64,000 bases of DNA from Bacteroidota bacterium (GCA_013696965.1 JACCXN010000072.1:9336-73335), one strand, 5' to 3'. Numbered from the stretch's first letter, positions 20,204-30,959 are shown. The notes: a model not told the origin generated them from the letters alone. A program made the numbers and translations.

Positions 20204-21796
20204 CTAATTGATAACCAGCTTCCTCCTCACCACTTCCTCCCCAACCTTCACCTGCACAAAATAAATCCCTTTAGAAAACCCGCTGGTGCTGATGTTTTCG
20301 TTGCTTTTTACCTGCCGCTGGAGCATAATTCTTCCTGAAAAATCGGTGATGGTAACATCTGCTTTTTCGGCTTCGAAGGAAAGGGTGAAATGGGATGAGG
20401 TTGGGTTGGGGTTGAGAGTGAGGGGGATTATCTTTGTTTCAGATATTATTGGAGTTGTTTCACCTTTATATGGTGTTGTAAGTTTTGCGAAAAATAATCT
20501 CTGAAGGGTATCTGAGGTATTTAATTTAAAACTACCTAGGACTAAATTTCTATTCCCCTCGGTGCAATAGTAGTCAGTTCTGTTGTAATTTCCAATTACA
20601 TAAGAATTTCCCTTTCTATCGCTGATAATATCAGTTATTTTATTGCATCCATCACCTTCAGAAGTAATTGCCCATTGAAATTTATTATCTTTAGATATGC
20701 CTGCCAATAACAATCTTTCCATTGTATCTGGAACAATGTAATGACTGTCAAAATAAACAGTATCAAAATTCATATAAACATTTTTTTTTATGGCTCCTGA
20801 TATTATTATATCTTCTTCATTTTGTGCAGTGATAAAATTCGTGTAATAACCATTATAATATTTACCTACATCTTTTCTAAGGTTGCTTGTTCCGTTAGAA
20901 AGTTGGTCATAAATTGATCGGTCGCCATAATTATATCTGGTTTTCATATTAAGGGAAGTAATTTTAGAATTATATGATATAAAATCTACAGATGCCCATG
21001 TAAAGGAAAATTGTATTATTTGAATTTCTTCTCCGCTAGGTTTAATCTTAAAAATTATATTCTTACCACAATACGCATAACAACCAGGTTCAAGTGTGGA
21101 AAGTGTGGAATATGAAGAGAGGAAGATATAATTATCAGGGCCAACCTTAATTTTAGCTCCATTGTGATTATTAATACTATCGTTTAAATGCCAAATAAAT
21201 TCTCCGTTTTTATCAAGTTTAATTAAATAAGCCCAACTTTTCTTATCGTTATTAATGGTATTATTTTCAATCAAATAATCGCCAAAAATCTGGCCTCCGA
21301 AATAAATGTTTCCTTTTATATCAACTCCGACAGAACTAGCTATTTCTTTATTTTCATCATTTCCTATAGGTTTTGCCCATATACAATCCCCTTCTGGATT
21401 AAATTTTGCTAAAAATGCATCAGAGCTCCCAAGGCTTAAAATTGATATTGAATTAAAGCTCAGTTGCACAGTGAATAGACCCACTAAATAAAAGTTGCTG
21501 TTATTATCTGTAGTAATGTCTTCAATTATTCCTGAATAATTCTTACCCCAAATGAAATTTCCATCTATGTCGTATTTTAAAATGAAATAGCCAGTGTCAA
21601 GAGTAGTATTAATTATTTTGCTTTTGCCATCCTGGTAAGCCAAGACGTAAATATGTTGTTGATTAAAGCAAATTTTCCTGGCATCCTGTCGGCCTTCTAC
21701 AACATCGAATCCTTTCACCCACTCCCAGTCCTGGGCCTTTACCGCTCCCATAAGTAGGGTAATCATCAGAAATAACAAAAACTTTTTCATAACCAA
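20204..21796 (-). CDS. secreted T9SS cargo protein, paralog family member
   Basis: signal peptide, AQDWEWVKG motif, shared CTD. Confidence 0.75.
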   Translation of the reverse strand: MVMKKFLLFLMITLLMGAVKAQDWEWVKGFDVVEGRQDARKICFNQQHIYVLAYQDGKSKIINTTLDTGYFILKYDIDGNFIWGKNYSGIIEDITTDNNSNFYLVGLFTVQLSFNSISILSLGSSDAFLAKFNPEGDCIWAKPIGNDENKEIASSVGVDIKGNIYFGGQIFGDYLIENNTINNDKKSWAYLIKLDKNGEFIWHLNDSINNHNGAKIKVGPDNYIFLSSYSTLSTLEPGCYAYCGKNIIFKIKPSGEEIQIIQFSFTWASVDFISYNSKITSLNMKTRYNYGDRSIYDQLSNGTSNLRKDVGKYYNGYYTNFITAQNEEDIIISGAIKKNVYMNFDTVYFDSHYIVPDTMERLLLAGISKDNKFQWAITSEGDGCNKITDIISDRKGNSYVIGNYNRTDYYCTEGNRNLVLGSFKLNTSDTLQRLFFAKLTTPYKGETTPIISETKIIPLTLNPNPTSSHFTLSFEAEKADVTITDFSGRIMLQRQVKSNENISTSGFSKGIYFVQVKVGEEVVRRKLVIN

Positions 21797-21818
21797 CTTT
21801 TAACTTTTAACTTTTAAT

Positions 21819-23375
21819 TTAATTTACCACCAGTTTCCTCCTTACCAATTCCTCCCCAACCTTCACCTGAACAAAATAAATTCCCTTTGAAAATCCTTGG
21901 GTGCTGATGTTTTCGTTGCTTTTTACCTGCCGCTGGAGCATAATTCTTCCAGAGAAATCGGTAATGGTAACATCTGCTTTTTCGGCTTCAAAGGAAAGGG
22001 TGAAATGGGATGAGGTTGGGTTTGGGTGGAGGGATTCGGATAATTGACGACTTATTGCATCGAAGCCAGTCTGGGTTTCAAAAGAATGATTCTTAGCAAT
22101 TTTAGCAATATATTGAACTTGTTTTCTATTTTCATTTATTATTTGGGCTCCAAAAGATATTTTATCAGCTAAGGCTCCTGAAATAATAACAAAATCTGAT
22201 GAAACTGAAAATATATTGTGCGGGGATATAGAATAAAATGTCCCTGCTGATTCTACTTTTCCAAGATTGAAATTTATTAATTTTCCTTCTGTATTAAATT
22301 CTTGAATTAAAAGTCCATTCTTATTTTCATTGTTATAATTGTTAACCGAAGTAAAAATTAGAATTTTATCTTCCTTTACTTCTAATGATAAAGGATAAGC
22401 GGGCTCTGCGTTTATTGAATAGATCCAATTTGCATTCCCAGAACTATCAGAGTATTTCGAAAGCGAAGTTATGATATATCTGATACTGCTCCGAAAAAAA
22501 CGATAAAAAAAACCATCTGAATCAATATGTATTGATTTAGTAGAATGGCCGGGATTGCTTATGCAATATAAATATTCAAGAAAATCACCTTGAGGAGAAA
22601 ATTTTAATAATTTGTCACAAGAATTAAAGGTTGTATCAACTTCACCAATCCTAATATTTTGTATCCCACAACTAATATATATATTTCCCTTTGAGTCCGT
22701 TACTGCCATACGAGCAAAACTATACGAATCCTCTCCACCTAAAAATTCTTTTATCCACTCATAGTTACCTAGCGTGTCCATTTTTAAATAATATGAATTA
22801 TTTCTTGTAGACTGTGATGTGAAGTTTATGTTCCCAATTTTTCCTCCAACTGAAAAGCTGCCAATAACAATTAAATCTTCTCCCGTAAAAGCCAAGGAAA
22901 CCAGTTCCTCCCTCTCAGGCCCACCATCCCTCTTCACCATCTTCAAATCCCCCTCCTTATCAAAAGAAGCCAGAAAAATATCCATTCCACCTGCAGATGG
23001 GGAAATACCTAAACTAGATTTCAAAGTCCCTTTGAAATTTCCTCCAATATAAGCCACACCTGCTTTGGCTTTAAGCTCAACCATTGCAAGGGTATCAGTA
23101 CTGCCAATGGTTTTCCACCAAAGGATATTCCCCGCTTCATCATACCTTAAAACAAAACAAGCTGATTTTTCAGGTGAGGTAATTGTAACTTCTCCAAGTT
23201 TGCAGGAGCTCTTAAAATTTCCGGAAGCAAAAAGGTTTCCCTCTTCATCAGCGGCTGTTTGGAGGTTTTCAATGCCTTCGCCTTCTATAACCCATTCCCA
23301 ATCCTGGGCTTTAGACTGCACCTGGAACAGGATAATCATTAAAACTATAAATAACATTCTCATAAATACATACAC
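21819..23375 (-). CDS. secreted T9SS cargo protein, paralog family member (mosaic partner of the 18510-20051 gene)
   Basis: see the 18510-20051 gene; shared CTD. Confidence 0.75.
   Translation of the reverse strand: MYVFMRMLFIVLMIILFQVQSKAQDWEWVIEGEGIENLQTAADEEGNLFASGNFKSSCKLGEVTITSPEKSACFVLRYDEAGNILWWKTIGSTDTLAMVELKAKAGVAYIGGNFKGTLKSSLGISPSAGGMDIFLASFDKEGDLKMVKRDGGPEREELVSLAFTGEDLIVIGSFSVGGKIGNINFTSQSTRNNSYYLKMDTLGNYEWIKEFLGGEDSYSFARMAVTDSKGNIYISCGIQNIRIGEVDTTFNSCDKLLKFSPQGDFLEYLYCISNPGHSTKSIHIDSDGFFYRFFRSSIRYIITSLSKYSDSSGNANWIYSINAEPAYPLSLEVKEDKILIFTSVNNYNNENKNGLLIQEFNTEGKLINFNLGKVESAGTFYSISPHNIFSVSSDFVIISGALADKISFGAQIINENRKQVQYIAKIAKNHSFETQTGFDAISRQLSESLHPNPTSSHFTLSFEAEKADVTITDFSGRIMLQRQVKSNENISTQGFSKGIYFVQVKVGEELVRRKLVVN
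22919..23375. repeat. about 450-bp direct repeat (5' coding block), copy 2
   Basis: near-identical to 19610-20051. Confidence 0.7.
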
Positions 23376-23574
23376 TTTTTACTTGTGCATCTATTGGATA
23401 GTGTAATAAAACTTTGCCGTTATTTCAGGAAAAAGTAAATGCTTGTGTCTCTGTTTTTCAGAAAGTTGGGCAGATGTGCCTCTTGCACAGGATGGGGAAT
23501 TTTTTTCCTTTGGATTAACTAGTGAGTAGGGGAATCAAAATTGCAAATACAAATCGCAAGTTCTTGACAATCAA

Positions 23575-24963
23575 CTATTTTCCTATGCAGAAATTCCTGA
23601 AAATATTCTCCAATAAATCATCAGTGGTAATACTTCCCGTAATTTCTCCTAAATGAAACAATGATTTTCGGATATCAATAGCGAGGAAATCACTGCTAAT
23701 TCCTGAAACAAGGCCCGTATTTACACTATCAATAGCTTCGGATGCTTTTTTTAATGCCTCATAATGGCGCACATTGCTTACTATTGTTTGTCCGCTTTGG
23801 AGTAGTCCTGTGTTGATAAAGGAAGATAGTTTTTGGGTAAGTTCTTCCAGGTTTTCTTTCTGTTTTGCGGAAATGAAAATAACATTTTCCAATTCACTGA
23901 ACTTTAGTTTTAGTTCATCCAGGTTGATTTTGTCAGCTTTGTTGGCAAGCAAGATTAAATGTACCGGCAGTTTTTTTATTTTTTCCTGTAATAAGGCTGT
24001 ATTTTTCTGAATTGTCTGAGGACTATCATTATAGGCATCAAACATATACAATAATACCCGTGCCTTTTCAATTGCATCATAAGTCCTGGAAATACCCAGA
24101 GCCTCTATTGTGTTTTGGGTTTCCCTGATTCCTGCCGTATCAATAAAACGAAATACAACCCCATCAATATTAATTTCATCTTCAATGGTATCTCTGGTTG
24201 TGCCAGCTATTTCCGAAACTATTGCCCGCTCTTCGTTGAGCAGTGCATTTAAAAGAGTGGATTTACCAACATTAGGTTCTCCTGCAATAGCAACTGGAAT
24301 ACCAGTTTTAATTACATTGCCAACAGAAAAAGAATTAATTAAACGTGAAAGTACTTTTTGAATATGCTTTAAGAGATCCTGTAAATCCTTGCGATTGGCA
24401 AACTCAACATCCTCTTCAGAAAAATCAAGTTCCAGTTCTATCAGGGAAGCAAAGTTTATGAGTTTCTCCCTCAAGTCATTAAGTTCTTTTGCAAAACCAC
24501 CCCTCATTTGGTGCATAGCAATTTGATGTGAGGCTTCTGAATCAGAAGCAATCAGATCTGCAACAGCTTCAGCCTGTGAAAGATCTATCTTCTTATTTAA
24601 ATAAGCCCTTAAAGTAAATTCGCCGGGTTTTGCAGCTCTTGCACCTGTCTTAATCAACAATTGTAGAATCTGTTGCTGAATATAAACAGAACCATGACAG
24701 GAGATTTCAATGGTATTTTCTCCTGTAAATGAATTTGGACCCTTAAAAACTGAAATTAAAACTTCATCAATTATTTTATTATCCTCCTTAATAAAACCAA
24801 AGTGCAGGGTATGGGATTTGACTTCTGAGAGTTTCTTTCGAGATTTAGAATCGAAAATTTTTTCGGTAATAAAAATAGCCTGAGGGCCAGAAATGCGAAT
24901 AACAGCAATTGCACCCATTCCAGGCGAAGTTGCAATAGCACAAATAGAATCTATATTTATCAA
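23575..24963 (-). CDS. mnmE: tRNA modification GTPase MnmE
   Basis: G-domain motifs (GEPNVGKS, DTAG, NKAD) and the invariant C-terminal CIGK tetrapeptide. Confidence 0.9.
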   Translation of the reverse strand: MINIDSICAIATSPGMGAIAVIRISGPQAIFITEKIFDSKSRKKLSEVKSHTLHFGFIKEDNKIIDEVLISVFKGPNSFTGENTIEISCHGSVYIQQQILQLLIKTGARAAKPGEFTLRAYLNKKIDLSQAEAVADLIASDSEASHQIAMHQMRGGFAKELNDLREKLINFASLIELELDFSEEDVEFANRKDLQDLLKHIQKVLSRLINSFSVGNVIKTGIPVAIAGEPNVGKSTLLNALLNEERAIVSEIAGTTRDTIEDEINIDGVVFRFIDTAGIRETQNTIEALGISRTYDAIEKARVLLYMFDAYNDSPQTIQKNTALLQEKIKKLPVHLILLANKADKINLDELKLKFSELENVIFISAKQKENLEELTQKLSSFINTGLLQSGQTIVSNVRHYEALKKASEAIDSVNTGLVSGISSDFLAIDIRKSLFHLGEITGSITTDDLLENIFRNFCIGK

Positions 24964-25129
24964 TGATTTGTTTTTTATAGTAATTACCGATATTTATTAA
25001 CGTTAAAAAGTGCCAAAAATATAAGGTTTTGCAAAAATATCATTTTACTTTGTTCCTTTTTACGAGAATAAACTTTATTTTAGCGCTCTGAATAAGGGTA
25101 TTTTCAATAAAACTAACCAAAAATAAACA

Positions 25130-26047
25130 ATGAGTGTTTTAATAAACAAGAATTCCAAAGTAATTGTGCAAGGGTTTACAGGCAGCGAAGGAACCTTTCA
25201 TGCCGGTCAAATGATTGAATACGGGACCAATGTTGTAGGAGGAGTAACTCCTGGTAAAGGGGGACAATCACATTTAGATCGTCCAGTATTTAACACAGTT
25301 GAAGAGGCTGTAAAAAAAACAGGAGCAGATGTTTCCATCATTTTTGTTCCACCTCCATTTGCAGCTGATGCTATAATGGAAGCTGCAGAGGCTGGTATTA
25401 AAGTTATAATATGTATTACTGAAGGAATTCCAACAAAAGACATGATTGATGTTAAAGAATATCTATCAGATAAGGATTGCAGGTTAATAGGACCAAATTG
25501 TCCTGGAGTGATTACAGCAGGGGAAGCTAAAGTTGGTATTATGCCTGGTTTTGTTTTTAAATCGGGTAGAATTGGGATTGTTTCCAAATCAGGGACTTTA
25601 ACATATGAAGCAGCAGATCAGGTTGTGAAAGCAGGCTTGGGGATATCAACAGCAATTGGAATAGGAGGGGATCCAATAATTGGAACTCCAACAAAGGATG
25701 CAGTAAAACTTTTAATGGAAGATCCTGAAACAGATGGTATTGTAATGATAGGTGAGATAGGTGGAGGAATGGAAGCTGAGGCCGCTTATTGGATAAAGGA
25801 ATTTGGAACTAAGCCAGTTGTGGGATTCATAGCCGGTCAAACCGCCCCTCCAGGAAGAAGAATGGGCCATGCTGGGGCAATTGTAGGTGGAGCGGATGAT
25901 ACTGCTGCTGCCAAAATGAAAATTATGAGTGAATGTGGGATTATAGTTGTAGATTCTCCTGCAATTATTGGAAAAGCAATAGCTGATGCAGTTGCCAAGG
26001 AATCCAGAACAGAAAATCCTCATCATTATGCAAACCGAGTAGATTAA
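25130..26047 (+). CDS. sucD: succinyl-CoA synthetase alpha subunit
   Basis: CoA-binding N-terminus ([15 protein letters not shown]), catalytic His region (RMGHAGAI); full-length SucD similarity. Confidence 0.9.
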   Translation: MSVLINKNSKVIVQGFTGSEGTFHAGQMIEYGTNVVGGVTPGKGGQSHLDRPVFNTVEEAVKKTGADVSIIFVPPPFAADAIMEAAEAGIKVIICITEGIPTKDMIDVKEYLSDKDCRLIGPNCPGVITAGEAKVGIMPGFVFKSGRIGIVSKSGTLTYEAADQVVKAGLGISTAIGIGGDPIIGTPTKDAVKLLMEDPETDGIVMIGEIGGGMEAEAAYWIKEFGTKPVVGFIAGQTAPPGRRMGHAGAIVGGADDTAAAKMKIMSECGIIVVDSPAIIGKAIADAVAKESRTENPHHYANRVD

Positions 26048-26119
26048 TTATTCCCGTTGATACCATTTAAAGTCTAATTTTTGTACTTATTGGACTAAAG
26101 TAAATACGATTAAACTGGC

Positions 26120-26154
26120 TGGAAGCCACTCCATTTATGGGGTGGCTTTTTTTA
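26120..26154 (+). terminator. rho-independent terminator after sucD
   Basis: GC-rich hairpin AGCCACTCC-loop-GGGGTGGCT followed by T7. Confidence 0.6.
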
Positions 26155-26258
26155 TTGGCTTATATTAAACTATTTGGCAAGGTTTTGAATTGGTTTAAGC
26201 AAGAGAATGAATGATTTGGAGGATTAAAAGAGTAAAAACAACTTAAATATTAATAATT

Positions 26259-26756
26259 ATGGAAACTAAAAAAATCAGCCGGAGAATATTTTCCTTTTTA
26301 GGGATTTTAGGAATCGCGGCAATGGTATATTCCTGTGAACCAAGTAAACGAGCAGCAGATACAACAGCTTCAGTGCCAATTACAGAATCGGTAACCCCTG
26401 GAAATGAAGGTGCAGCGGCATTGGATTCAAGGATTCAGAACCTTAACCAAAATTTTACAAATGTTGAAAAGGAAGTGATGTCATCCGACAAAGTATCTGA
26501 AGAAGGCTTTAGGGAGGAATGGAGAAAAGTTGAGGTTAAAAGACATGAACTAAACCGAAGTATTGAACTCTATAATCAGGCAATTGAAAAAGATGCTTCA
26601 CTTGAAGCCGCTGAATTAAGGACTGATATAAACAGAATGATAACTGAACTGGAAAGGGATTTGATATCTGTAAGAGATGGTGATGGAATGCAGCAAGAAC
26701 CAACGCAAGAGCCTCAATTTGAGCAAGAACAGGAAATTGAACAATATCCAGAATAG
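26259..26756 (+). CDS. hypothetical lipoprotein with coiled-coil and acidic tail
   Basis: signal peptide with lipobox (VYSC); Glu-rich C-terminus. Confidence 0.5.
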   Translation: METKKISRRIFSFLGILGIAAMVYSCEPSKRAADTTASVPITESVTPGNEGAAALDSRIQNLNQNFTNVEKEVMSSDKVSEEGFREEWRKVEVKRHELNRSIELYNQAIEKDASLEAAELRTDINRMITELERDLISVRDGDGMQQEPTQEPQFEQEQEIEQYPE

Positions 26757-26972
26757 AATTATTTTGGCTTCAAAAACCTATTTATTCAATGGGCTGACTT
26801 TAATTAGTCAGTCCATTTTTTTATTAATATACCCATTAATTAATAATAAAGTTTCTCGAATTGTGGAAGATTCTCTTCAAATTTAATTTTTTACTCTTAA
26901 CATTCCAAGAAATATTCAACTCATAAGTGGAGGAGCCAATGCGGCAAGATTTTTTAATTAAGTTAAAATGAC

Positions 26973-28466
26973 TTGAAAAAAAATAGCAAAATGGACTCAA
27001 AATATACAATTTCCTGTTTCACGAACTTCAAAAACATTATGTTCTTTTTGGTAATGTTGTTAGTTCCATTAATTTCTTATGGCCAAATAACTTTTCAAAA
27101 AATATTTGGAGGAACTCGTTCTGAATCCTCTTATAAAGTGGAAATATGTTCAGATGGAGGCTATATAACTGCTGGATATACCGTATCCTCTGGACCAGGA
27201 GATGCGAGTATGCAATTAATTAAAACAGACTTGTATGGTAAACAAATTTGGGAGGCAGTAATTGGTGGAAAATATACAGATTATGCATTTGCAGTAACCA
27301 CAACAACAGATGGAAATTATGTAGCTGTGGGCTCTACAACAAGCTTTGGTTCTGGTCAACAAGATATTTATGCAGTTAAAATTGATAATAATGGAAACAA
27401 ATTGTGGGAAAAAACATATGGAGGATTACAAAAAGAAGAAGGTTGGGACATAAGACAGACCAACGATGGCGGATTCATTATTACGGGAATGACCAATAGT
27501 TTTGGGGCAACTTTCTTCGATGCTTTTCTTTTAAAAATAGATACTAATGGAAATGAAGAATGGAAAAAGCTATATGGAGGTCCTTCTTATGATTCAGGAT
27601 TATGCGTAAGACAAACTCTGGATGGCGGTTATGCTTTCCTTGGCCAAACACATAGCTTTGGAGAAGGTTCAGGAGATTTTTATTTAGTGAAGACTGATTC
27701 AAATGGAAATAAAGAATGGTCAAAAACTTATGGAGGGACATTAACAGAAGAGGGTAGATATTTTTCACTTACTGATGATGGAGGATTCATTTTAATTGGA
27801 AAAACAGAAAGTTTTGGAGCAGGAGATGAGGATATTTATGTTGTAAAAACAGATGATAAAGGGATTCTTGAATGGTACAAAACATTTGGTGGTGATAAAA
27901 AAGATACTGGAAAATCCATTGAACCAACTAATGATGGGGGTTATATAATTGCTTCTTCCTCCCGTAGTTTTAATTGGGCAAACCCAAATGCTTGGTTTAT
28001 TAAAATAGATAAACAAGGTGAACAGGTATGGGCTAAAGAATATGGAGGTTATGATCATGATCACGGACATCATATTCTTCCAACTTCCGATGGGGGTTAC
28101 ATTGCCACTGGACATGTTAATAAGAATATAGCACAAATGGAAGATTCCTATTTGCTTAAACTAGATTCACTGGGCGAATGGAGTGATAACACTGGAATCA
28201 GAGAAGAGTCATTAGCAAATACAATTCAAATATATCCTAACCCAAGTTCTGGAATTGTGGAACTTTCACTTAAGATGAACACGCATGGCTCTTTAGAAAT
28301 CAATATTTTAAGTTACATGGGAAAGGTAATTTATAAAAATATTTATCATCCTGAAAACCTTTCATTTTCAATAAAGATAGATATGCAAAGTTTTCCAAAA
28401 GGTATTTATTTGCTCCGTGTTTCCGATGGCCTTGATCAAACTACCACAAAAGTAATATTGGATTAA
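26973..28466 (+). CDS. seven-repeat beta-propeller-like T9SS cargo protein
   Basis: signal peptide; seven tandem repeats of about 52 aa (YGG..D.G..V.QT.DGGYII.G.T.SFG.G..D.Y.VKTD.NGN..W); C-terminal T9SS CTD (IYPNPSSGIVEL...). Confidence 0.75.
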   Translation: MKKNSKMDSKYTISCFTNFKNIMFFLVMLLVPLISYGQITFQKIFGGTRSESSYKVEICSDGGYITAGYTVSSGPGDASMQLIKTDLYGKQIWEAVIGGKYTDYAFAVTTTTDGNYVAVGSTTSFGSGQQDIYAVKIDNNGNKLWEKTYGGLQKEEGWDIRQTNDGGFIITGMTNSFGATFFDAFLLKIDTNGNEEWKKLYGGPSYDSGLCVRQTLDGGYAFLGQTHSFGEGSGDFYLVKTDSNGNKEWSKTYGGTLTEEGRYFSLTDDGGFILIGKTESFGAGDEDIYVVKTDDKGILEWYKTFGGDKKDTGKSIEPTNDGGYIIASSSRSFNWANPNAWFIKIDKQGEQVWAKEYGGYDHDHGHHILPTSDGGYIATGHVNKNIAQMEDSYLLKLDSLGEWSDNTGIREESLANTIQIYPNPSSGIVELSLKMNTHGSLEINILSYMGKVIYKNIYHPENLSFSIKIDMQSFPKGIYLLRVSDGLDQTTTKVILD

Positions 28467-28497
28467 AATATTAAAAAGAGAATTAAATATTCGATTT

Positions 28498-30510
28498 ATG
28501 GCAACTAAGCTATTTAAGGAAACACGTACTGGGAAAATAGTAAATGAAATATTAATTATGAGTTTGTTATTAATTGTTTTTACAGGTTATTCCAACCCAA
28601 TTCACTTGCCTTTAAAACTGAAAATTACACATGAAAACGAATGTGCTGATTATATAAGAAAAGGGAAACAAAAAATGGATAAACAGGATTATAAGGGTGC
28701 TATTTTTGATTTCACAAAAGCTGTTGAATTGGATCCAAATAATTCCGAAGCTTTTTATTTGCGAGCAAATTCATTAAATAGCCTCAAAGATTATGATGCT
28801 GCCATAGAAGATTACAACAAAGTTTTGCAGTTAAAACCAATGTTTGCTGATGCATATTTGAACAGGGCTATTGTGAAGGAAACCCAAAAAGAATTTAAAG
28901 ATGCTGTTGCAGACCTTAACCAATTTCTAAAAATAAACCCCAATGACAATATGGTTCTTATTAAACGCGGAGAACTGAAAATGAAATTACAAGATTTAAA
29001 TGGAGCTCTTGATGATTTTACTGCTGCAATAGAAATTCAACCAAGCTATACTCCTGCACTTGAACTTCGAGCAACAGTTTATGTGATAAACAAAAAATTT
29101 AAAGAAGCTTTGGATGATTACAATCAAATTATTAGTTTGAATCCTGATAATGCCTTAGTGTACTGCAACAGAGCAAATATATTATCTGAACTAAAGGATT
29201 TTGAAGGAGCAATGTTAGATTATGAAAAAGCACTAAGTATTGATCCAACTATTTCTGAGGCTGCACAAAAGAAAAACAGCATACAGAATAAACTATCTAA
29301 CATAAAATCACTTCCAGAAGACAAGAATGAAATAACTGAAAAAAGCCCCAGCTATGCTGAGGACTTTGTGCGAAGGGGAACATTTAATTACGAGCAGGGA
29401 AAGTTTCAGGAAGCCCTTTATGATTTTGGCAAGGCGATAGAACTACAGCCTGATTATGAGGAAGTTTATCAAAAAAGAGCGAATACCTACCTAAAACTTG
29501 AAGATTATAATGCAGCTCTTAAAGACTATACAATTCAATTAAGGTTAAATCCAAACAATGAACTTGCCTACAACAACCGAGGCATGGTTAAAGCAAAACT
29601 TAAGGATCATGCAGGTGCCCTTGCAGATTACAATAAAGCAATTGAATTAAATCCTGATTTTGCCATAGCCTATAGTAACCGTGGTAGTACATACAGCGAA
29701 TTGAATGATATACAATCTGCAATGAGAGATTTTGATAAGGCCCTGGCAATTGAGGGAAATTCTGCCGAAGCTTATTACAACAGGGCTTTGGCACGAAATC
29801 AACTAGGTGATACAAAAGGTGCAATAGAGGATTACAATATGTGCATAAAACTAAATCCAGGAAATGCAATGGCTTACAACAACAGGGCAAACGCATATTG
29901 TGACATTGATGATTATAAGAAAGCCTTAGAGGATTACAATAAAGCAATAATGATGAAAATTGATGGAGCAGATGTTTATTTTAACCGAGGTATGGTAAGA
30001 CATATAATGGGAGATTACAAACTCGCAATAATGGATTACAACAATGCTATTGAATTAAAACCAGATGATTCTGAGGCATATTCACAAAGAGGAATGGCAA
30101 AAGCTGAACTGGGTGATTTCAGAGGTGCTCTTGCAGATTATGATAAGGCATTAACCTTAAAACCAAAGTCAATGGTTGGTTATTATAAAAGGGGTTTGCT
30201 AAGGCACATCAATAAAGATTACAAAGGAGCATTAAGTGATTTTAATAATGCAATAGAAATAAAATCGGATTATGCACTTGCCTATTATAACAGGGGATTA
30301 GTAAAAAAAGACCTTGGTGAATACGAAGAAGCAATTATGGACTTTACAATTGCCATCGAATTCAAACCTGGTTTTGAAAAGGCATACAATAGCAGAGGTA
30401 TGGTAAAATTTGAAATGGGGGATAAGGATGGCGCTTGTTTTGATTTAAGTAAAGCTGTAAAACTTGGATATAGAGTTGCCTATGACAATATGCAATTGTA
30501 TTGTAAATGA
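28498..30510 (+). CDS. tetratricopeptide (TPR) repeat protein, about 17 TPR units
   Basis: long series of 34-aa repeats with W-LG-Y/A-F-A-P signatures (AYYNRG..., AIEDYNKAI...). Confidence 0.85.
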   Translation: MATKLFKETRTGKIVNEILIMSLLLIVFTGYSNPIHLPLKLKITHENECADYIRKGKQKMDKQDYKGAIFDFTKAVELDPNNSEAFYLRANSLNSLKDYDAAIEDYNKVLQLKPMFADAYLNRAIVKETQKEFKDAVADLNQFLKINPNDNMVLIKRGELKMKLQDLNGALDDFTAAIEIQPSYTPALELRATVYVINKKFKEALDDYNQIISLNPDNALVYCNRANILSELKDFEGAMLDYEKALSIDPTISEAAQKKNSIQNKLSNIKSLPEDKNEITEKSPSYAEDFVRRGTFNYEQGKFQEALYDFGKAIELQPDYEEVYQKRANTYLKLEDYNAALKDYTIQLRLNPNNELAYNNRGMVKAKLKDHAGALADYNKAIELNPDFAIAYSNRGSTYSELNDIQSAMRDFDKALAIEGNSAEAYYNRALARNQLGDTKGAIEDYNMCIKLNPGNAMAYNNRANAYCDIDDYKKALEDYNKAIMMKIDGADVYFNRGMVRHIMGDYKLAIMDYNNAIELKPDDSEAYSQRGMAKAELGDFRGALADYDKALTLKPKSMVGYYKRGLLRHINKDYKGALSDFNNAIEIKSDYALAYYNRGLVKKDLGEYEEAIMDFTIAIEFKPGFEKAYNSRGMVKFEMGDKDGACFDLSKAVKLGYRVAYDNMQLYCK

Positions 30511-30667
30511 TTTTTTCTTCACCTAAATTATCAAAAAAAGGGATTTTGAAGTTTAAAAATTCAATAGAAGTAAAAGTAATCATTTGTGTAGTTTGCGTTT
30601 TCGTTTGTGTAGTAATTTGTGAAGTCCCTACCACACAACCCTAAAACATACACAACCTAACACGCTG

Positions 30668-30713
30668 AAAAACACTCAGAAACAAAAAAAGGAGCGCATT
30701 TCTGCGACTCCTT
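30668..30713 (-). terminator. terminator hairpin downstream of tRNA-Asp
   Basis: on the minus strand AGGAGTCGCAGAAATGCGCTCCT followed by T7. Confidence 0.55.
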
Positions 30714-30716
30714 TTG

Positions 30717-30790
30717 CGGTCCGGACGGGACTCGAACCCGCGACCTCCTGCGTGACAGGCAGGCATTCTAACCAGCTGAACTACCGGACC
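30717..30790 (-). tRNA. tRNA-Asp (anticodon GTC)
   Basis: reverse complement folds as a cloverleaf: acceptor GGTCCGG/CCGGACC, D-arm AGTTCAGCTGGTTAGAAT, anticodon loop CTGTCAC, T-arm GGTTCGAGTCC; CCA not encoded. Confidence 0.9.
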
Positions 30791-30959
30791 GTTTTTACTA
30801 TTTTTAAGAGTTTAAAACTCATTATTTTTAAGAACAATTTTCCCTTAATTGGTTTTAGAGAGCGGCAAAAGTAGTTTATTTTTTTTAATACCACAAAGAA
30901 AAAGAAAAATAATTAAAAATATTTTTTTAAACTTTTTCTTTTGCCAAAATCCTTCTAAA

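Noticed and set aside
14805-23375. Diversity-generating retroelement acting on the paralog array
   Set aside because: No reverse transcriptase, no template repeat with adenine-specific mismatches; the variation is block-wise (mosaic), not point-wise.
30717-30790. tRNA-Asp as an integration hotspot marking a genomic island
   Set aside because: No integrase, no direct repeat of the tRNA 3' end, and both flanks (TPR protein, DUF58/trxA/dnaE) look like core genome.
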